Assembly: GCA_045627525.1 (NCBI GenBank)
Contig: JAZQNW010000011.1
Coordinates: forward strand, 4,549 to 68,548
Length of the DNA: 64,000 nt
From: Bacilli bacterium
GTDB lineage: Bacteria > Bacillota_I > Bacilli_A > RF39 > UBA660
Direction: 5' to 3'
Positions 46,854-56,752 of this stretch are shown here, one piece after another. The stretch's first letter is position 1. The number at the start of each line of letters is the position of its first letter. The translations under genes were made by a program, and so were the position numbers. The notes beneath the pieces were generated by a model. It was given only the letters and a program-made list of their open reading frames with translations. It was not told the DNA's origin and searched no databases.

Positions 46854-49226
46854 ATGATTAGTTTAGAATGGGTTAAAGATTATATTGATATTGATGATCA
46901 AGATTTAAAAGATTTGGCTGTTAAGATTACACAAGCAGGAATTAATGTTGAAAAAGTAATTTCTAATCATATTGATAATCTAGTTATTGGAAAAGTTGTT
47001 GAATGCAGTAATCATCCTGATAGTGATCATTTACATGTTTGTCAAGTTGATATAGGACAAGAAGATTCGCTACAAATTGTTTGTGGTGCTTCTAATGTTC
47101 GTAATGGAATAAAAGTAATAGTTGCATTACCGGGTGCTATTTTGCCAGGAAATTTCGAAATAAAGAAAAGTAAAATTAGAGGTGTTGACTCTAATGGTAT
47201 GATTTGTGCTTTATTTGAAATAGGTTTAGAAGAAAAAAATGATGATACTTATGCTAAAGGAATTTGTGAACTTGATGATGATGCACCAGTAGGTGATGAT
47301 CCATTTAGTTATTTAAAAATGGATGATACATTATATGAATTAGATATACATAAGCATCGTAATAATGACTGCTATTATCATATAGGATTTGCTTATGAAA
47401 TTGCAGCTATATTAAATAGAAAAGTAACTTTACCAGATGCTATATATAAAGAAGATTCAGATGATGTAAATAATCATTTTGACTTGGATGTAGAAACAGA
47501 AAAATGTCCTTATTATTTAGCTAAAATGGTTAAAAATGTAAAAATAGGGGAATCACCTGAATTTATTAAAAGACGTCTTATTGCAGCAGGAATGAGACCA
47601 ATAAATAATGTTGTAGATATTTCTAATTATGTAATGCTTGAATATGGACAACCTCTTCATTTCTTTGATAAGGATAAGCTAGGTAGTTATGTTTTAGTTA
47701 GAGATGCTAAAGATGGTGAAGAAATAGTTACACTTGATGGTAAAAAAAGGACTTTAAAACACAGTGATATTGTTATTACTAATGGTGATGAAGTTGTTTG
47801 TGTTGCTGGTGTTATGGGTGGAGAAAATACAGAAGTCACTGAAGAAACTCATAATATTTTAATTGAAAGTGCTATTTTTGATTCTGTAAGTATTAGATAT
47901 ACAGCAAGTAATTTGGATTTAAGAAGTGAAGCATCTATTAGATATGGTAAGGGTTTAAATTATGAATATACAAAAAAAGCCATTGATAGGGCTTGTAGTT
48001 TATTAGAAAAGTACGCCTCAGCAACAGTACTTAGTGGAACTGTTTGCCATGATAAGATTGATAAATCACCTAAAATAGTTGAATTTTATCCAACTGATGT
48101 TGATAAAATTTTAGGTATTACAATTAGTGAAGAAGATATGAAAGTTGAATTAGGTCGATTGGATTTTCCATATGAGTTGAATGATGGTAAATTTAAAGTT
48201 ACAATTCCAAGAAGAAGACTAGATATTGATCCTAATGTTAATGATATAGCAGAAGAAATAGGGCGTTTATATGGATATCAAAATTTAATTTCCACAGTTC
48301 CTGTTACTCCAATTAGAAGGGGTCAATATGTTGGAGCTGTTAAATATCGTAAACTTATTTCTAGGAGACTTAGAAGTTTAGGCCTTAATGAGTCAAAAAC
48401 ATATACTTTAACATCACCAGCTATGGCTCAAACATTTGATTATGATCAAAAGGATAAAATAATTTTACCTAATCCAATGAGCATTGATAAAAGTGTAGTT
48501 AGAACTAGTATTATTCCATCTTTGTTAAATGTTTATGAATATAATAAAGCTCGTAAAGTAAAAGATGTATTGTTATATGAAGTTAGTAATACTTATGATA
48601 AATATTATAATGAATATCCAAAAGTAGCAGGTTTACTTTCTGGTAATTATTTATCTAGTGATTGGACTAAGCCTGTAAAAGTAGATTTTTATTTAGTTAA
48701 AGGAATTGTTGAAAATTTACTTAATTATATGGGATTTGAGTCTAGATATAGTTTTGAAGTTGGTAATATTGCTGATTTACATCCAGGCATTAGTGCTAAT
48801 ATTTTAATTGATAAAAAAGTTGTAGGTATTATTGGAAAAGTTCATCCTAATATTTCTAAAGATGATATTTATGTATTTGAACTAGATATTAATAGTTTAA
48901 TGATTAATACAAGGACATTAAAATACAAAGAAGCACCTAAATTCCCAGGAATGGAAAAAGATATGGCTTTTGTTGTTGATAAAAGTGTAGAAGCTGGTAA
49001 TATTATTTCTACTATTCATCGTACTGCTGGTAAAATTGTTGATAATATATCTGTTTTTGATGTATATACCGGTGATAATGTTGGCGAAAATGAAAAGTCT
49101 TTAGCTTTTAAGTTACATTTTTCTGATCCTACTAGAACATTAACCGATGAAGAAGTTATGAAAGTGTTTAATAAAGTTATTGAACAAGTAGAAAATGTTC
49201 ATAAAGCAAAATTAAGAGATAAATAA
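46854..49226 (+). CDS. pheT: Phenylalanine--tRNA ligase beta subunit
   Basis: tRNA-binding HPDSDHL/IVCGA, PINNVVDISNY, GQPLHFFD, C-terminal FDX-ACB KSLAF. Confidence 0.97.
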   Translation: MISLEWVKDYIDIDDQDLKDLAVKITQAGINVEKVISNHIDNLVIGKVVECSNHPDSDHLHVCQVDIGQEDSLQIVCGASNVRNGIKVIVALPGAILPGNFEIKKSKIRGVDSNGMICALFEIGLEEKNDDTYAKGICELDDDAPVGDDPFSYLKMDDTLYELDIHKHRNNDCYYHIGFAYEIAAILNRKVTLPDAIYKEDSDDVNNHFDLDVETEKCPYYLAKMVKNVKIGESPEFIKRRLIAAGMRPINNVVDISNYVMLEYGQPLHFFDKDKLGSYVLVRDAKDGEEIVTLDGKKRTLKHSDIVITNGDEVVCVAGVMGGENTEVTEETHNILIESAIFDSVSIRYTASNLDLRSEASIRYGKGLNYEYTKKAIDRACSLLEKYASATVLSGTVCHDKIDKSPKIVEFYPTDVDKILGITISEEDMKVELGRLDFPYELNDGKFKVTIPRRRLDIDPNVNDIAEEIGRLYGYQNLISTVPVTPIRRGQYVGAVKYRKLISRRLRSLGLNESKTYTLTSPAMAQTFDYDQKDKIILPNPMSIDKSVVRTSIIPSLLNVYEYNKARKVKDVLLYEVSNTYDKYYNEYPKVAGLLSGNYLSSDWTKPVKVDFYLVKGIVENLLNYMGFESRYSFEVGNIADLHPGISANILIDKKVVGIIGKVHPNISKDDIYVFELDINSLMINTRTLKYKEAPKFPGMEKDMAFVVDKSVEAGNIISTIHRTAGKIVDNISVFDVYTGDNVGENEKSLAFKLHFSDPTRTLTDEEVMKVFNKVIEQVENVHKAKLRDK

Positions 49227-49231
49227 AAGGA

Positions 49232-49459
49232 TTAGCTGTTTTCAGCTAGTCCTTTTTCAACTCTTTTTTGAATTATTTCGATAATTTTATTTTTTAGTTC
49301 TTGATCGGCATTTTCCCAAACTAATTCAAAAAATACTCCTAATCCAGGTAAAGTTACTTCATCATTTGATTCTACCGATTCATCAATAGCATTTTTTAAA
49401 GTTTCATAATTATCACCTTTGAAGTTATTAATAATATGTTCTCTAATACTCATTTCCAT
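49232..49459 (-). CDS. sspI: Small acid-soluble spore protein SspI
   Basis: SIREHII, DEVTLPGLGVFFELVWE matches the SspI LPGLGV.FE..W motif; near pheST/trmH as in Bacillus. Confidence 0.88.
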   Translation of the reverse strand: MEMSIREHIINNFKGDNYETLKNAIDESVESNDEVTLPGLGVFFELVWENADQELKNKIIEIIQKRVEKGLAENS

Positions 49460-49559
49460 AGTTTTCCTCCTCATATATATATTGGGTTAAAATAAATGAT
49501 TTTATACGCCAAACTTTTCTTTTTGGTTATTTTAGTGTAAAATATTTTTTGGTGATATA

Positions 49560-50198
49560 ATGCAATTAGAAGTAGATGGAAAATCATATGATATTGTTAT
49601 AGAAAAAAAGCCTAGTACTAAAAATACTTATATTAGAGTAAAGAAAGATTTGAAAATACATGTTACTACTAATACATTTACAAGTAATAGATTTATTAAA
49701 AATCTGATAAAAGAAAATTATGATAATTTAGTTAAGATGATTGATACGCAACTAAAGAAAAAAGAAAATAATTCGGGATTTTTCTATTTAGGTAAAAAAT
49801 ATGATATTGTTTATGTTGAGAATGATGATATTTTCTTTGGTGATGATAAAGTATTTATAAGTAAGGATTTTGATATAGATAAATGGTATAAAAAGCAAGC
49901 TAAAAAAATATTTAAGGAACATCTAGATATTCAATATAATAAATTTACAAAGAAGATACCGTATCCAGATTTAAAAATACGAAAAATGACCAGTAGATGG
50001 GGAGTTTGTAATTTTGTTTATTATATAGTTACTTTGAATTTAGAATTGATAAAAAGAGATACTAAATATTTAGATTATGTAATAGTGCATGAGCTTTCAC
50101 ATTTAATACATGCTGATCATTCGCCTGACTTTTGGGAACTAGTAGAAGAAAATATGCCTGATTATAAAAAATATAGGAAGGAGATGAAAGATTTTTAA
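49560..50198 (+). CDS. YgjP/SprT-like zinc metallopeptidase (DUF45)
   Basis: MTSRWGVC, YVIVHELSH..HADHSPDFW. Confidence 0.9.
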   Translation: MQLEVDGKSYDIVIEKKPSTKNTYIRVKKDLKIHVTTNTFTSNRFIKNLIKENYDNLVKMIDTQLKKKENNSGFFYLGKKYDIVYVENDDIFFGDDKVFISKDFDIDKWYKKQAKKIFKEHLDIQYNKFTKKIPYPDLKIRKMTSRWGVCNFVYYIVTLNLELIKRDTKYLDYVIVHELSHLIHADHSPDFWELVEENMPDYKKYRKEMKDF

Positions 50199-50932
50199 TG
50201 GTTGTTACAAGTTTAGAAAATGAAAAAGTAAAAAAATTCAAAAAATTACAGAAAAAAAAATATAGGGATCAGTATGGAGAATTTATTATTGAGGGTGAAC
50301 ACTTAATTTATGAAGCTTTTAAGAAAGGTTTACTTATAGAATTGATTTTAGAAGAAGGAGTTTCCTTATCACTTCCAGTTCCATATACTTATTATACAAA
50401 GGAAGTTATGAGTAAAATATCAACTATGGATACTCCTAGCTCAATTATGGGATTGTGTAGAAAAAGGGATGATGATGATTTTTTAGGAGATAGAATATTA
50501 ATATTAGATGAAATACAGGATCCTGGTAATTTAGGAACTATTATTAGGAGTGCAGTAGCATTTAACGTTGATACAATTGTTTTATCTGAAAATACAGTAG
50601 ATTTATATAATCCTAAAGTTTTAAGAGCTACACAAGGAATGTTATTTCATATAAATATTATTAATAGAATGTCAAATGATATAATTCCTATCTTAAAGAA
50701 TATGAATATTCCTATTTATGGTACTAATGTTCATGGTGGTATTGAAGTTAAAAATTTGAGTAGTGATGAAAAAAAGAAAATTGCTATAGTTATGGGGAAT
50801 GAAGGCAATGGTGTCAGAAAAAATGTTCTTGATATGTGTGATAAATATTTATATATAAATATGAATGAAGATGTTGAAAGTTTAAATGTTGCTGTTGCAA
50901 CTAGTATCATATTATATGAATTGGAGCGATAA
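50198..50932 (+). CDS. TrmH/SpoU family RNA methyltransferase
   Basis: IQDPGNLGTIIRS, MGNEGNG, ESLNVAVA. Confidence 0.93.
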   Translation: MVVTSLENEKVKKFKKLQKKKYRDQYGEFIIEGEHLIYEAFKKGLLIELILEEGVSLSLPVPYTYYTKEVMSKISTMDTPSSIMGLCRKRDDDDFLGDRILILDEIQDPGNLGTIIRSAVAFNVDTIVLSENTVDLYNPKVLRATQGMLFHINIINRMSNDIIPILKNMNIPIYGTNVHGGIEVKNLSSDEKKKIAIVMGNEGNGVRKNVLDMCDKYLYINMNEDVESLNVAVATSIILYELER

Positions 50933-50933
50933 A

Positions 50934-51410
50934 ATGGTATATGTAGGTAAAATTGTTTCTACGCATGGAATTAAAGGTGAAATTAGAATACTTAGTGATT
51001 TTGAATATAAGGACAAAGTATTTAAAATAGGAAAAAAAATAATAGTAGATGATAAAGTATATAATATAAAAAGCTATCGTCATCATAAAAATTTTGAAAT
51101 GGTTACACTTGATGATTATCATGATATAAATGATGTTATGTTTTTAATGAAAAAGAAAGTTTATATTAATGAAGAAGAATTAGATTTAGATGATAATGAA
51201 ATATTAGATGAAGAACTTATAAATTATAATGTGTTGACTGTTTCGGGTAAATGTGGCATTATAAAGGAAATATTTTTTGGTGGACCAGGAAATAAAATAA
51301 TTAGAGTTATGTTTGATAGAGAAATTTTGATTCCAATCGATTCACCAATGGTTAAGGAGATATCAAAAAAAGATAAGAAGATAGTAGTAGATATTATAGA
51401 AGGAATGTAG
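50934..51410 (+). CDS. rimM: Ribosome maturation factor RimM
   Basis: VGKIVSTHGIKGE; precedes trmD. Confidence 0.93.
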   Translation: MVYVGKIVSTHGIKGEIRILSDFEYKDKVFKIGKKIIVDDKVYNIKSYRHHKNFEMVTLDDYHDINDVMFLMKKKVYINEEELDLDDNEILDEELINYNVLTVSGKCGIIKEIFFGGPGNKIIRVMFDREILIPIDSPMVKEISKKDKKIVVDIIEGM

Positions 51411-51419
51411 GGGATAAAT

Positions 51420-52082
51420 ATGAAAATTGATATTTTAACATTGTTTCCAGATATGTATAAGGGAATATTTGATGAATCAATAATAAAAAGAGCAATAGAT
51501 AGTTCTAAAGTTGAAATAAATCTTCACAACTTTCGCGATTATTCTAAAGATTTGCATCATAAAGTTGATGATACACCATATGGTGGTGGTGCAGGAATGG
51601 TTCTTACTTGTCAGCCAATTTTTGATTGTGTAAGATCATTAAAAACAGCTAATACTAAAGTTATATTATTAACTCCTGATGGTGAAGTTTATAAACAAAA
51701 ATATGCTTATGATTTATCTAAGGAGCAACATATAATATTAATATGTGGTCATTATGAAGGCTTTGATGATAGAATTAGAAGTATATGTGATTTAGAAATT
51801 AGTATAGGTGATTATGTTTTAACTGGTGGTGAAATTGCTAGTATGGTAATAGTTGATTCTATTGTTAGATTATTACCCGGAGTTATTTCAGATCAATCAC
51901 ATTTGAATGATTCATTTAATAATAATTTATTAGATTATCCAACTTATACAAAACCACGTGTATATGAAGGAATGGAAGTCCCTGAAGTTTTGGTTTCTGG
52001 TGATCATAAAAAAATAGAAGAATACCGTTATCAAGAAAGTTTAAATAAAACAAAATTACGTAGACCAGATTTATTAGATTAG
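51420..52082 (+). CDS. trmD: tRNA (guanine37-N1)-methyltransferase
   Basis: VDDTPYGGGAGMV, CGHYEG, SIGDYVLTGGE. Confidence 0.97.
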   Translation: MKIDILTLFPDMYKGIFDESIIKRAIDSSKVEINLHNFRDYSKDLHHKVDDTPYGGGAGMVLTCQPIFDCVRSLKTANTKVILLTPDGEVYKQKYAYDLSKEQHIILICGHYEGFDDRIRSICDLEISIGDYVLTGGEIASMVIVDSIVRLLPGVISDQSHLNDSFNNNLLDYPTYTKPRVYEGMEVPEVLVSGDHKKIEEYRYQESLNKTKLRRPDLLD

Positions 52083-52094
52083 TAGGTGAAGTAT

Positions 52095-52547
52095 ATGTAT
52101 TCTGTTAATAAGAAAAAAGTAGTTAAGAAAAAATGGAAATTTAAAGATTTTTCAGATATAGAAAATATTTCAGGTTTTTTGATGCCAAGTAGAAAAGCTT
52201 TTATAATTGGTGATGATAAAATTAGTAATGTAGTTGTTGTGTCAAAAAAATTGGCTCAGCCTATTGTTTCGACAGTTGTTTCTAAAAAATATAAAAAACT
52301 TATTAATGAATTAACAGATTTATTATTAACAGATGATACAGATGATGGTGACTGCTATAGAGAAGCTCTTAATCAAATTGAAAGATTTAGAATGATAGTA
52401 AAAAATAAATACAGAGATTTTTTATTAGACGAAGAGTTAAAAATTATGGCTAAGCAGTTAAAATTATTACAAAAAGAAGCTAAATTACAGTTTGCAGAAA
52501 TACAAAATAGTATGATTATGTATAATGAAAATTATAGGAGTAGGTAG
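52095..52547 (+). CDS. Hypothetical protein
   Basis: ORF directly after trmD with AGGTGA RBS; helical C-terminus. Confidence 0.65.
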   Translation: MYSVNKKKVVKKKWKFKDFSDIENISGFLMPSRKAFIIGDDKISNVVVVSKKLAQPIVSTVVSKKYKKLINELTDLLLTDDTDDGDCYREALNQIERFRMIVKNKYRDFLLDEELKIMAKQLKLLQKEAKLQFAEIQNSMIMYNENYRSR

Positions 52548-52627
52548 GAATTATTAAATTAATTCCTTTTTTACTTGTTAATTTTTTGTTTTTGCGTTAT
52601 TCTATCTTACTAAGAAGAGGCATTATT

Positions 52628-53398
52628 ATGAAAAAGAAGAAGTTTATAATATTAATGATTATTTTATTTTTTATGGTTATAGAATTTATTTTTATAATTA
52701 ATTTTAGTAGTGATGATGCTATTTTATATATTGATAATAATAATGCTAATTATAAAGTTTATTTAAATAATGGTGATATATATAGTTCTAATAATAAAAA
52801 TGGTGCTTTTAATGGAAAATCGATAGATAGGATAAAAATAGATTTTAATTATATTACTACATATAAAGAAAGAGCTAGCTATAATGGTAATTATTATTTA
52901 AAATCAAGATTTAAAATATTAAATGATGAAGATAAAGTATTATATACCAAAGAAGAAAATTTAACAGAAAAAAAGTCTATTGATAATGTTGATGAAATTA
53001 TAAGTACTAGTATTAATTATAAAGAATATTTAAGTAATTATAAGAAAAAAATGGAAAAATATAACGGTATAGCTTTAGTTGATATTGTAATGTGTATTGA
53101 TACTAATGGGGTTACAAAAGATGTTTCGGCTGTTACTATTCCCCTTACTGATAATTTAATAGTTATTAATTACAATGCTATGGGAAATTTCATAAATAAT
53201 AGAGCTGGTAATTTTAATTATTTCTATTTTGCATTTTTAATAGTAGGAATTGTATGTATATTAATTAATTTAAATCCAAAGGAAGAAGATATAGAAATAT
53301 TAGATGTTTTTTCACCAGTTCAGTTGTCATTTATGGATGTGTTTGGAGATTTGAATGAAAAAACTATTGATACAGAAGAAGAACTTGAAATTATATAG
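52628..53398 (+). CDS. Hypothetical membrane protein (TM at both ends of an extracellular domain)
   Basis: Basic N-terminus plus TM, second TM near C-terminus. Confidence 0.65.
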   Translation: MKKKKFIILMIILFFMVIEFIFIINFSSDDAILYIDNNNANYKVYLNNGDIYSSNNKNGAFNGKSIDRIKIDFNYITTYKERASYNGNYYLKSRFKILNDEDKVLYTKEENLTEKKSIDNVDEIISTSINYKEYLSNYKKKMEKYNGIALVDIVMCIDTNGVTKDVSAVTIPLTDNLIVINYNAMGNFINNRAGNFNYFYFAFLIVGIVCILINLNPKEEDIEILDVFSPVQLSFMDVFGDLNEKTIDTEEELEII

Positions 53399-53406
53399 TT
53401 AAAGTG

Positions 53407-53500
53407 TTGATTTTTAATACTTCTTGTGATATAATCTTGGTTGTCAGTTGAGATGATCCGCTTTTCTTATGATTATGATCATTGGTAAATATATTTTGAG
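53407..53500 (+). promoter_or_regulatory. rplS promoter and L19 leader
   Basis: TTGATT-17-TATAAT(53430-53435); GATGATCCGCT..ATGATCATT pairing typical of the L19 leader. Confidence 0.6.
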
Positions 53501-53513
53501 AGGAGAACTTAAT

Positions 53514-53861
53514 ATGAGTAATATTATTGACAAGATTAATGCTAAACAAATTAATCCTAATGTTCCTGAATTCCGTGTTGGTGATACTGTTAGAGTTGAT
53601 GTTAAGATCATCGAAGGTAAAAGAGAAAGAATCCAAGCTTTCGAAGGTGTTGTAGTTGCTCGTAAAGGTGGAAGTGTTTCAGAAACATTTACAGTACGTA
53701 AAGTATCAAGTGGTGTTGGAGTAGAAAGAACTTTTCCAATTCATTCACCAAAATTAGCTGGAATCACAGTTGTACGTACTGGTAAAGTTAGACGTGCTAA
53801 ACTTAACTTCCTTAAAGACAGAGTTGGCGGATATCGTATTAAAGAAAGAGGACAACAATAA
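53514..53861 (+). CDS. rplS: 50S ribosomal protein L19
   Basis: [34 protein letters not shown]. Confidence 0.97.
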   Translation: MSNIIDKINAKQINPNVPEFRVGDTVRVDVKIIEGKRERIQAFEGVVVARKGGSVSETFTVRKVSSGVGVERTFPIHSPKLAGITVVRTGKVRRAKLNFLKDRVGGYRIKERGQQ

Positions 53862-53903
53862 TAAAATAAGGCCAATGCCTTATTTTTTGTTTAGGTGATA
53901 TTT

Positions 53904-54407
53904 ATGGATGAGAATAAAAAAGGTTATATAAAAGAATATTTATCATATTTTATAGTTATAATTGTAGTTATTTTAATAAAAATATTTATTGTTACTCCAA
54001 TTAGAGTTAATGGTCCTTCGATGAATAATACTTTAAAAAATAATGATATTATGATTTTGAATGAGATTAGTTACAAGTTTAATGGATTAAATAGATTTGA
54101 TATAGTAGTAGTACGATATAATGATGAACATTTAATTAAAAGAGTTATTGGTTTGCCTGGTGATACAATAAAATATGAAAATGATGTTTTATATGTAAAT
54201 GGAAAAAAAGTTAAAGAAAATTTTGATCATGCTGAAACTGCTGATGTAGAAGAGATTAAAATTCCAGAAGGTGAATATTATGTTATGGGAGATAACAGAG
54301 TTAATTCAACTGATAGTAGAATTATAGGTACAATTAAGTTAAAAGATATTAAAGGTACTACAAAATATACAATTTTTCCATTTAAAAGGTTTGGTAATAA
54401 AAATTAG
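53904..54407 (+). CDS. lepB: Signal peptidase I
   Basis: GPSMNNT Ser, LIKRVIGLPGD Lys, GDNRVNSTDSR. Confidence 0.95.
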   Translation: MDENKKGYIKEYLSYFIVIIVVILIKIFIVTPIRVNGPSMNNTLKNNDIMILNEISYKFNGLNRFDIVVVRYNDEHLIKRVIGLPGDTIKYENDVLYVNGKKVKENFDHAETADVEEIKIPEGEYYVMGDNRVNSTDSRIIGTIKLKDIKGTTKYTIFPFKRFGNKN

Positions 54408-54511
54408 ACACATTATAGTGTCTTTTTTTTTCTATTTAATTATAAAATATATTAAAATTTATATGAAACATTGATATTTAATGTTATAATTTTAATAGTA
54501 GAGGTGATTAT

Positions 54512-56119
54512 GTGGGTAATATTAAAAGTTATATAAAAATTCCTATTGTTTTTAGTGCTATTATACTTAGTATTTTTATATTTTTTGTCTTTGACATTAT
54601 TTTCAGACTAGTTAATGAATATACTGATAGTCAAGTGCTTACGATTTTATCTTCATATGAAAATAAAGTTGTTGAAGATGAAGTTAAAGCTTATGCAAAA
54701 AGCATTGATAAAAAAGTAGAATTTGAATATATGAGTGATTTAGATATAGTTGATGAGTTGAATAGTCATAGTCATTATTATGATGCTGTGTGGATATCTA
54801 ATTCTATGTGGTTATATATGCTTGATAATTCTTATTTAACTAGTGATTCAAAATCTATAAGTATTAGTCCTATTGTATTTGGTATTAAAAAAAGTAAAGC
54901 CCAAGAATTGGGATTAGTGAATAATGATAATATAACAAATACTACAATTCTTAATTTGATACGTGAAAAGAAAATAAAATATGTAATGAATTCTGTTACA
55001 CAAACTAATTCTGGTGCTACGGCGTATTTAGGATTTTTATCATCCCTAGCTGGTAATCCAGAGGTTTTAACTAAAGAGATGTTAGATGACGATAATTTGA
55101 TTTCTAATATGATTGATGTTTTCTCTGGAGTTGAAAGAGTTAGTGGTGATGAAGGGTATCTTCAAGAGATGTTTTTAAATGATAGTAGTTATGAAGCTGT
55201 TATTGCATCTGAAGTGACATTAATTGATATTAATAAAGCATTAAAAAATAAAGGTGAAGAACAACTATATTTAATTTATCCTACTGATGGTGTAGCGATA
55301 AATGATTCAACATTTGCTTTTATTAATAATGACAGAGAAGGTATGAAAGAGACATTTTTAGATATTCAAGAATATTTATTAAGTGATAAAGGGCAAAAAA
55401 TTCTTGAAAATAGTGGTCAGCGTACTTGGTATGGTGGTATAAGTGATAAAAGCAATTCTAAAGTATTTGATAAAAATTTAGGTATTGATACTACTAAGTA
55501 TTTAAATGTAACTAAATTCCCTTCAAAAGATGTTATTACTTATGCTTTGAATTTATATATTGATAAATTAAGAAAACCAACTCATGTAGTCTTTTGTTTA
55601 GATTATTCTGGTTCTATGGAAGGCAGTGGAGTATCAGATTTGAAAGATGCTATGAATTATATTTTAAATTATAATGAAGCATCTATTGATAATTTGCAAT
55701 TTTCTGAAAAGGATAAAATAACTGTTATTACATTTAGTAGCAAGGTTAACAATGTGTGGTCAACTGATAATGGACATGATACTGAACAGTTAATAAATAA
55801 TATTGAGAACGAATCTCCAAATGGCGCTACAAATTTATATGATGCTACAATTAAAGGGCTTAATATTTTGAGTAAAGATGATGATACATATACTAAAACT
55901 GTTATTGCTATGACAGATGGTGAAATTAATATGGGATCGTTTGATGATTTAAAATCTACTTATAGAAAATTAAAAAATCCAATACCAATTTATAGTATTA
56001 TGTTTGGTCAAGCTAATGAATCACAACTTGAAAATATTGCTGCACTTTCTAATGCAAAAGTATTTAATGGTAAGTCAGGATTGTTAGAAGCTTTTAAAGA
56101 AGTAAGAGGATATAATTAA
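54512..56119 (+). CDS. Membrane-anchored solute-binding-fold plus vWA domain protein
   Basis: N-terminal TM; SBP-like YDAVWISNS, SPIVFG, TNSG, YP; C-terminal vWA MIDAS DYSGS, GATNLY, MTDG. Confidence 0.85.
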   Translation: MGNIKSYIKIPIVFSAIILSIFIFFVFDIIFRLVNEYTDSQVLTILSSYENKVVEDEVKAYAKSIDKKVEFEYMSDLDIVDELNSHSHYYDAVWISNSMWLYMLDNSYLTSDSKSISISPIVFGIKKSKAQELGLVNNDNITNTTILNLIREKKIKYVMNSVTQTNSGATAYLGFLSSLAGNPEVLTKEMLDDDNLISNMIDVFSGVERVSGDEGYLQEMFLNDSSYEAVIASEVTLIDINKALKNKGEEQLYLIYPTDGVAINDSTFAFINNDREGMKETFLDIQEYLLSDKGQKILENSGQRTWYGGISDKSNSKVFDKNLGIDTTKYLNVTKFPSKDVITYALNLYIDKLRKPTHVVFCLDYSGSMEGSGVSDLKDAMNYILNYNEASIDNLQFSEKDKITVITFSSKVNNVWSTDNGHDTEQLINNIENESPNGATNLYDATIKGLNILSKDDDTYTKTVIAMTDGEINMGSFDDLKSTYRKLKNPIPIYSIMFGQANESQLENIAALSNAKVFNGKSGLLEAFKEVRGYN

Positions 56120-56128
56120 GGTGATGTT

Positions 56129-56752
56129 ATGAAAAATAGTGAAGTAGTATCAGCAGTAATTGGTGGAACATTTTTTGCGGTACCATATTTGGCATTAGCT
56201 GTTCCTATCGTGCCATCATTAGCTATGGGTGCAGCAGCTTTTGCAGCAGGAGAATTAGTATTTAAAAAAAATGTTATTCCGGAATTAAAAGAAAGTAATT
56301 TTAATTTGTATCAGACGTTAGAAAATGCAAAAAAACAAAATAATCATATTCTTGATATGATTCCAATGATTGAAGATGAAAATATAAGAAAAGATCTTAA
56401 TGAAATAAATGATACAGTTACTAAAATAGTTAAGACTATTGAAAAAAATCCTGATAGAGAGAAAAAGATAAAGAACTTTTTTGATTATTATTTACCAGTA
56501 ACAGTAAAATTAGTTGATAGGTTTGATGAAATAGAAAATCAAAAAATAAGTTCTAAAGAAAGTAAAAAATTTTATGAGTCAACAAGTAAAACTATAAAGG
56601 AAATAAATGATGTTTTTAAACAATTTTTAAATAATTTATATGAATCAGATATGATTGATACTAATGTAGAAATAAAAGTTCTTAATTCAATGCTAAAATC
56701 TGATGGTTTAGATAAAAATAATTTAAAAGTAGAGGAGGATAATCATGAATAA
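56129..56752 (+). CDS. XpaC-like (5-bromo-4-chloroindolyl phosphate hydrolysis family) membrane protein
   Basis: N-terminal TM hairpin, FFDYYLP, NLYESDMID..VEIKVL; lies in a telA cluster. Confidence 0.8.
   Translation: MKNSEVVSAVIGGTFFAVPYLALAVPIVPSLAMGAAAFAAGELVFKKNVIPELKESNFNLYQTLENAKKQNNHILDMIPMIEDENIRKDLNEINDTVTKIVKTIEKNPDREKKIKNFFDYYLPVTVKLVDRFDEIENQKISSKESKKFYESTSKTIKEINDVFKQFLNNLYESDMIDTNVEIKVLNSMLKSDGLDKNNLKVEEDNHE

Noticed and set aside
54510-54536. ATG at 54510 opening MWVILKVI
   Set aside because: Eight-codon out-of-frame ORF; GTG 54512 opens the long frame with acceptable RBS spacing.
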